A stretch of 64,000 nucleotides of DNA from Antedon mediterranea (Eukaryota > Animalia > Echinodermata), in assembly GCF_964355755.1 (NCBI RefSeq), contig NC_092677.1, positions 11,368,101-11,432,100 of the forward strand, read 5' to 3'. The notes below the pieces were generated by a model. The model searched no databases and was not told where the DNA came from. It saw nothing but the letters and a program-made list of their open reading frames with translations. Shown piece after piece: positions 59,901 to 64,000 of this stretch. Both the position numbers and the translations under genes were made by a program. Position 1 is the first letter of the stretch. The number at the start of each line of letters is the position of its first letter.

Positions 59901-62900
59901 GAGAAGCCCTTGATCAATGATACACCAATCAAGGTTTCTTAAACAGTCCTGAATCTTAGTTTCATCCATCATTCAGATGAATGTAAAACTAATTGACATT
60001 GTCATTCATGACAGACATCAGTCAAATACAAAAAAAACTTAAAAGACTTATTCATTGATAATTCAAAATGAGCTATCCTACTGGACAATGATGTGTTATC
60101 AATGACGCTATATTTTTTCTTTATAGGATATGAAATCCACATTAGCTGAAGAATTAGATTTTGAAAATGAAGGACTGAACAGCGAGAAATGTGCGTATGA
60201 TTTGCGTGAACTTCCGTACGTCTATGTTCCAAAGATCTTCTGGAAATTATCAAGTAAACGTGTGCTGACTGCAGAGTACATTGACGGCTGTAAAGTTAAT
60301 GATGTTGAAGCGATAAAGAAAATGGGCCTAACGGAAGCAGATGTAAGTGATAAAGTTTCTTTTTAAAAGAGTGGCGTAATGCACAGAGCAAAGGCCCCTG
60401 GGTTTAGCACTCCTAAGGGCCCTCCAACGCTGGGTAGTTGCATTGGGCTGCTCATGCTCTGGGGCCCCTGGGTTTAGCACTCCTAAGGGGGCTCTCCAAC
60501 ACTAGGTAGTTGCATTGGGCTGCTCATGCTCTGGGGCCCCTGGGTTTAGCACTCCTAAGGGGCTCTCCAACGCTGGGTAGTTGCATTGGGCTGCTCATGC
60601 TCTGGGGCCCCTGGGTTTAGCACTCCTAAGGGGCCCTCCAACACTGGGTAGTTGCATTGGGCTGCTCATGCTCTGGGGCCCCTGGGTTTAGCACTCCTAA
60701 GGGGCCCTCCAACACTGGGTAGTTGCATTGGGCTGCTCATGCTCTGGGGCCCCTGGGTTTAGCACTCCTAAGGGGCCCTCCAACGCTGGGTAGTTGCATT
60801 GGGGTGCTCATGCTCTGGGGCCTCTGGGTTTAGCACTCCTAAGGGGCCCTCCAACGCTGGGTAGTTGCATTGGACTGCTCATGCTCTGGGGCCCCTGGGT
60901 TTAGCACTCCTAAGGGGCTCTCCAACGCTGGGTAGTTGCATTGGGCTGCTCATGCTCTGGGGCCCCTGGGTTTAGCACTCCTAAGGGGCCCTCCAACACT
61001 GGGTAGTTGCATTGGGCTGCTCATGCTCTGGGGCCCCTGTATGTTTATACAGTAAAGTTTTTCAGTAGCACAGTCAACTCTCCCAAACTTTTTATGTCTA
61101 GTGTTCAAGAAACACTGTGTTTTTAAGGTTAAAAATTAGGATCGTTATTTAATTATCATTTAATCATAGTGCTGGTTTATCAATGTTTAATAATATAGTA
61201 TAATTTTAATGTTAATTTTGAATATGTTGAATAAATATATCACATTTTAAAATAAACATTATCTATATTTCAGATTGATACAAAATTAATTTGGTTGTTT
61301 TCGAAGCAAATTTTTCACACAGGATTCTTACATGCTGATCCCCATCCTGGCAATGGTAAGATTACACAATTTTTTTCTATTTCTTATTCACGTTACAGGA
61401 AATGACAAAACTATATCATGCTTTTAAACCAAGTCTCATTTGAGGCTTAGGGAGTGGATTAGTTACAGCTGTGACCCTAGGTCACTATTGAATCCTGGCG
61501 CTAAGTCACAATTGAATCCTGGGTCTTGGGATTTAAATAAAACAACACCTCTAAACTCTAAAGCTTCTTTTTTCCTTAGTTTTTGTGCGAAAGAATCAGT
61601 CTGGTAAGGCAGAGTTGGTAGTGTTGGATCATGGTCTCTATGAAAAACTTATTGACAAGTAAGATTATTAAATAGAATGGCTAATTTAATGCGAGAGAGG
61701 GTAAGAATATTAAATAGAATGTCTAATTTAATGTGAGAAAGGGTAAGACAATTAAATAGAATGGCTCATTTAATGTGAGAAAGGGTAAGACTATTGAATA
61801 GAATGGCTAATTTAATGTGAGAGAGGGTAAGACTATTAAATATAATAGCTCATTGATAATGTTTTGTTTGTTTTTAAGGGATCGAATATCATTATGTAAT
61901 TTCTGGAAAGCAATTGTTCTCAAGGATACTGTTGGGATGGAAAAATATGCTAAAGATTTAGGGGTTAAAGGTTAGTTTAGAATTATACTTTTAGTCACGT
62001 ATATTCACTGATGTCGAATGTGACCCACACCCATACTACTATTCCATATCTAGAAAAATCATAAATTATTAGTTTTTGTTAACTGTATGGATAGAACTTA
62101 TTGAGGAGGGGAGAGAGGGATTGATGTAAAGTTTATAATTTACCTCATTTGAATAATAGAGTTGAGGATATTTGTGGATTTTGGAACAAAAGATGTGACT
62201 GATTGATTTTTATATAAGCTTTTTAATTCAACTGTACTGTTTTTTAAACCTAAACCTGTATTTGTTTAGATTATATGACCTTTGCCATAGCTCTTACTCA
62301 ACGTCCAATCAATATGCAAGCTAGACCGGGAATGCATATAAGTGCAACCTTAGATGAAAAGGCAATGAAAGATATGCAGACAAGTGTGAGCCAAGAGTTT
62401 GATTCGATCATGCAAGTTTTAAAAGAAGTACCGAAGGCTATGTTACTTGTTTTTAGGTAAAAAAAAGTCTCTCCTGAATGGGAAATATCTTTATTTGTCC
62501 TTTTTTTTCTATTTAATGTAGATTTTAATTTTTCTATTGTATCTTTAATCACGCAATTCAACACTCAAATACACTTAAATTATTTTAATATTGAAATCTA
62601 CCCCTTGTCTAGCTGGTTAACCGAGTGGAGCTGTAGCTTGGTGGTAAACATGTACAGGGTTCAATCCTGACATAGTGCCATGGTTGGCACTCACGACTCT
62701 TTCAACTTCACTCCCTAAAGGCCAATTTACACAGACGAGCGGTAAGCGGTAATTGTAAGCGAAAAACCGCGTTGCTTTTCCCATTTACACAGCGCGCGGA
62801 GTTCGCGAACAGAGTGGTGGAAAGTAGGTGCGTGTAGGCCTCGAGGCTAATGCATGTTACAGTCACTGCTGGCCTGGATGTGACTGACTGTCAGTAGGCC

Positions 62901-64000
62901 TAGCACACACAGGCCTAAGTTTTAGAGGGAATTGTTGCCTAATAACGTACTAAAATGTATATTTTCTTTTCACTATCCTTATACGAACATTAGTCACGTC
63001 GTAGGTGTTTGTATTTCTGAATAAAAAGAAGAAGAAACTATAGGCTAGGCCTACTACGGCACTCGTATTTATTGTCGTCTTTCACTCGACGGACGCAAAC
63101 AAAATTTGTTGATAGATGACGTCATTTCAATCATGTCGTTGGTTGGCCAGAATCCATAATTACCGCGCGGTATTTTCACAAAATCAAATCTGTTTCGATC
63201 CTGAGCGGATTTCCGGTCAACCGCTCGTCCGCTCCGCGTTCTGTGTAAATGGTCATAAGAAATAACATAGATTCTATTTTTGCGTTTTCCGCTCAACTTT
63301 ACCGCTTACCGTTACCGCTCGTCTGTGTAAATTGGCCTTAAGCCTCAAATGAAACTTGGTTTTAAGCATGATAAATTATTAAATATTTTATCCATCCTGT
63401 ACTTTGTGTAGAAGCCTTATATTTGTATTTTGCAGAAATGTAAACACGATAAGGTCCATAAACAAGGAGCTAGGGATGCCTGTTGATCGCTATACACTCA
63501 TGGCTAAATGGTAAAGCCCTGTCTACACTATCAAACTTTATGTGACAGAAAATGTGCTGTACCCATATATCGACATGTTGATTTCACATCACTACCACAT
63601 TTGAACATATCACTACCACATTTGGGCACACACACATTTTTTGTCAAACTAGTTGAAGTTTATAAAGTGTTTTCATATAATTTTTTTATCATCATACTTT
63701 AAAAGGTTGTTTATAAATTTCAATGACTATCAGCATGAATGAGAGGTACTACAAAGAAAAACACCTAAAAAATGTTTATTTTTAGGAGAAAATAATAAAA
63801 AATTGCCATCAGTTTGAAGGTTTTGTCTTTGTGATATAACTTTTGTACAGCATGTTTTAATTTCTTACACGTTTTGCTTTGCATATGCTTAACCTGTTTT
63901 TTTCATTCTAGCGCTGCCTCAGGTGTTGCGATACAGAAGGGACGTAACCATGTTGTTAATTACGCTCTCTCATTGTATGGCAGACTCCGGTTTGATTTCC
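56964..64000 (+). CDS. ADCK5: aarF-domain (UbiB/ABC1) atypical kinase ADCK5, 3'-incomplete; exons 56964-57247, 57831-58095, 58976-59116, 59545-59658, 60127-60342, 61274-61355, 61580-61658, 61879-61970, 62270-62456, 63436-63510, 63912->64000
   Basis: [17 protein letters not shown] (KxGQ), [37 protein letters not shown]; N-terminus is R/S/L-rich like a mitochondrial presequence, followed by a hydrophobic segment. Confidence 0.93.
57632..57745 (+). mobile_element. Helentron-associated (HINE/DINE-1-like) non-autonomous element
   Basis: TTTTTAGTCGCGTG..CGCGACT subterminal inverted repeat, GTCY microsatellite, second CACGCGACT, 3' GGC..GCC hairpin, T-rich insertion site. Confidence 0.65.
58118..58425 (-). 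repeat. Tandem triplication (66-bp unit) of the same Penelope-like fragment
   Basis: actgaaaaacgacaatgctgtgggtatcagtggctggatctcaatggagatacaaataaaataagc starts at 58138, 58204 and 58270, plus a partial fourth copy. Confidence 0.8.
58566..58842. mobile_element. MITE family A with ~8 internal 20-bp repeats
   Basis: Both TIRs; (gatatgcccaaatatggtagt)n. Confidence 0.85.
59255..59427 (-). mobile_element. tRNA-derived SINE head split by a MITE (related head at 62625-62715, +)
   Basis: Box A-like TAGCTTGGTGG and box B-like GGTTTAAATCC / GGTTCAATCC. Confidence 0.5.
59300..59390. mobile_element. MITE family A (short) inserted in a tRNA-derived SINE head
   Basis: Both TIRs with TTA on each side. Confidence 0.8.
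59672..60037 (+). mobile_element. 5S rRNA-derived SINE (SINE3-type), copy 2
   Basis: CACGTTGAAACACTCATTCTCGTCAGATAACCAAAGTTAAGCAACGTTGGGC...GACCATCTGGGAAT head, same body as copy 1, A-rich tail. Confidence 0.85.
60393..61039. repeat. GC-rich ~71-bp tandem repeat, ~9 copies
   Basis: ggcccctgggtttagcactcctaagggg(c)cctccaacRctgggtagttgcattgggctgctcatgctctgg. Confidence 0.95.
61659..61861 (+). repeat. 42-bp tandem repeat (~5 copies), each starting with a GTAAGA splice-donor motif
   Basis: gtaaga at 61659, 61701, 61743, 61785 and 61827. Confidence 0.9.
62719..63338. mobile_element. 620-bp non-autonomous PIF/Harbinger-like element, probably young
   Basis: Perfect TIR AGGCCAATTTACACAGACGAGCGGTAA at both ends; TAA duplication at 62716-62718 and 63339-63341; subterminal inverted repeats. 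Confidence 0.9.
63515..63655. mobile_element. MITE family A starting inside an ADCK5 splice donor
   Basis: g-TAA-agccctgtctacactatcaaac directly after the exon end at 63510. Confidence 0.8.

Noticed and set aside
60393-61039. CRISPR-like appearance of the regular repeats
   Set aside because: There are no unique spacers and no cas genes, and the context is a eukaryotic intron.

Overview
AT-rich, intron-rich animal genomic DNA. It is most likely an echinoderm, inferred from the nine-finger CTCF. Five protein-coding genes were reconstructed by hand with phase-consistent GT-AG junctions. (1) spalt/Sall (+): a 73-nt NuRD-motif exon at 5114, a 17.3-kb intron and one large zinc-finger exon. (2) CTCF (+): 6 coding exons, ZF2-ZF10 only, cohesin-binding YDF motif kept. 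(3) MTBP (+): 15 exons, with one U12-type intron. (4) ACOT8 (-): 6 exons. (5) ADCK5 (+): at least 11 exons, running off the window end. The rest is non-coding DNA with many small mobile elements: Harbinger-like, Tc1/mariner-like, Kolobok-like and Helentron-type elements, 5S- and tRNA-derived SINEs, an L2 fragment, Penelope-like fragments and minisatellites. The most notable observations are four CATG-ended scars flanked by 7-bp direct repeats that look like P-superfamily excision footprints, a TSD-flanked Penelope-like insert with a truncated hammerhead core, a two-copy 5S-derived SINE, and an intronic repeat that multiplies a splice donor. No prokaryote-type system is present. Gene identities rest on recalled similarity to the human orthologues, not on database searches.
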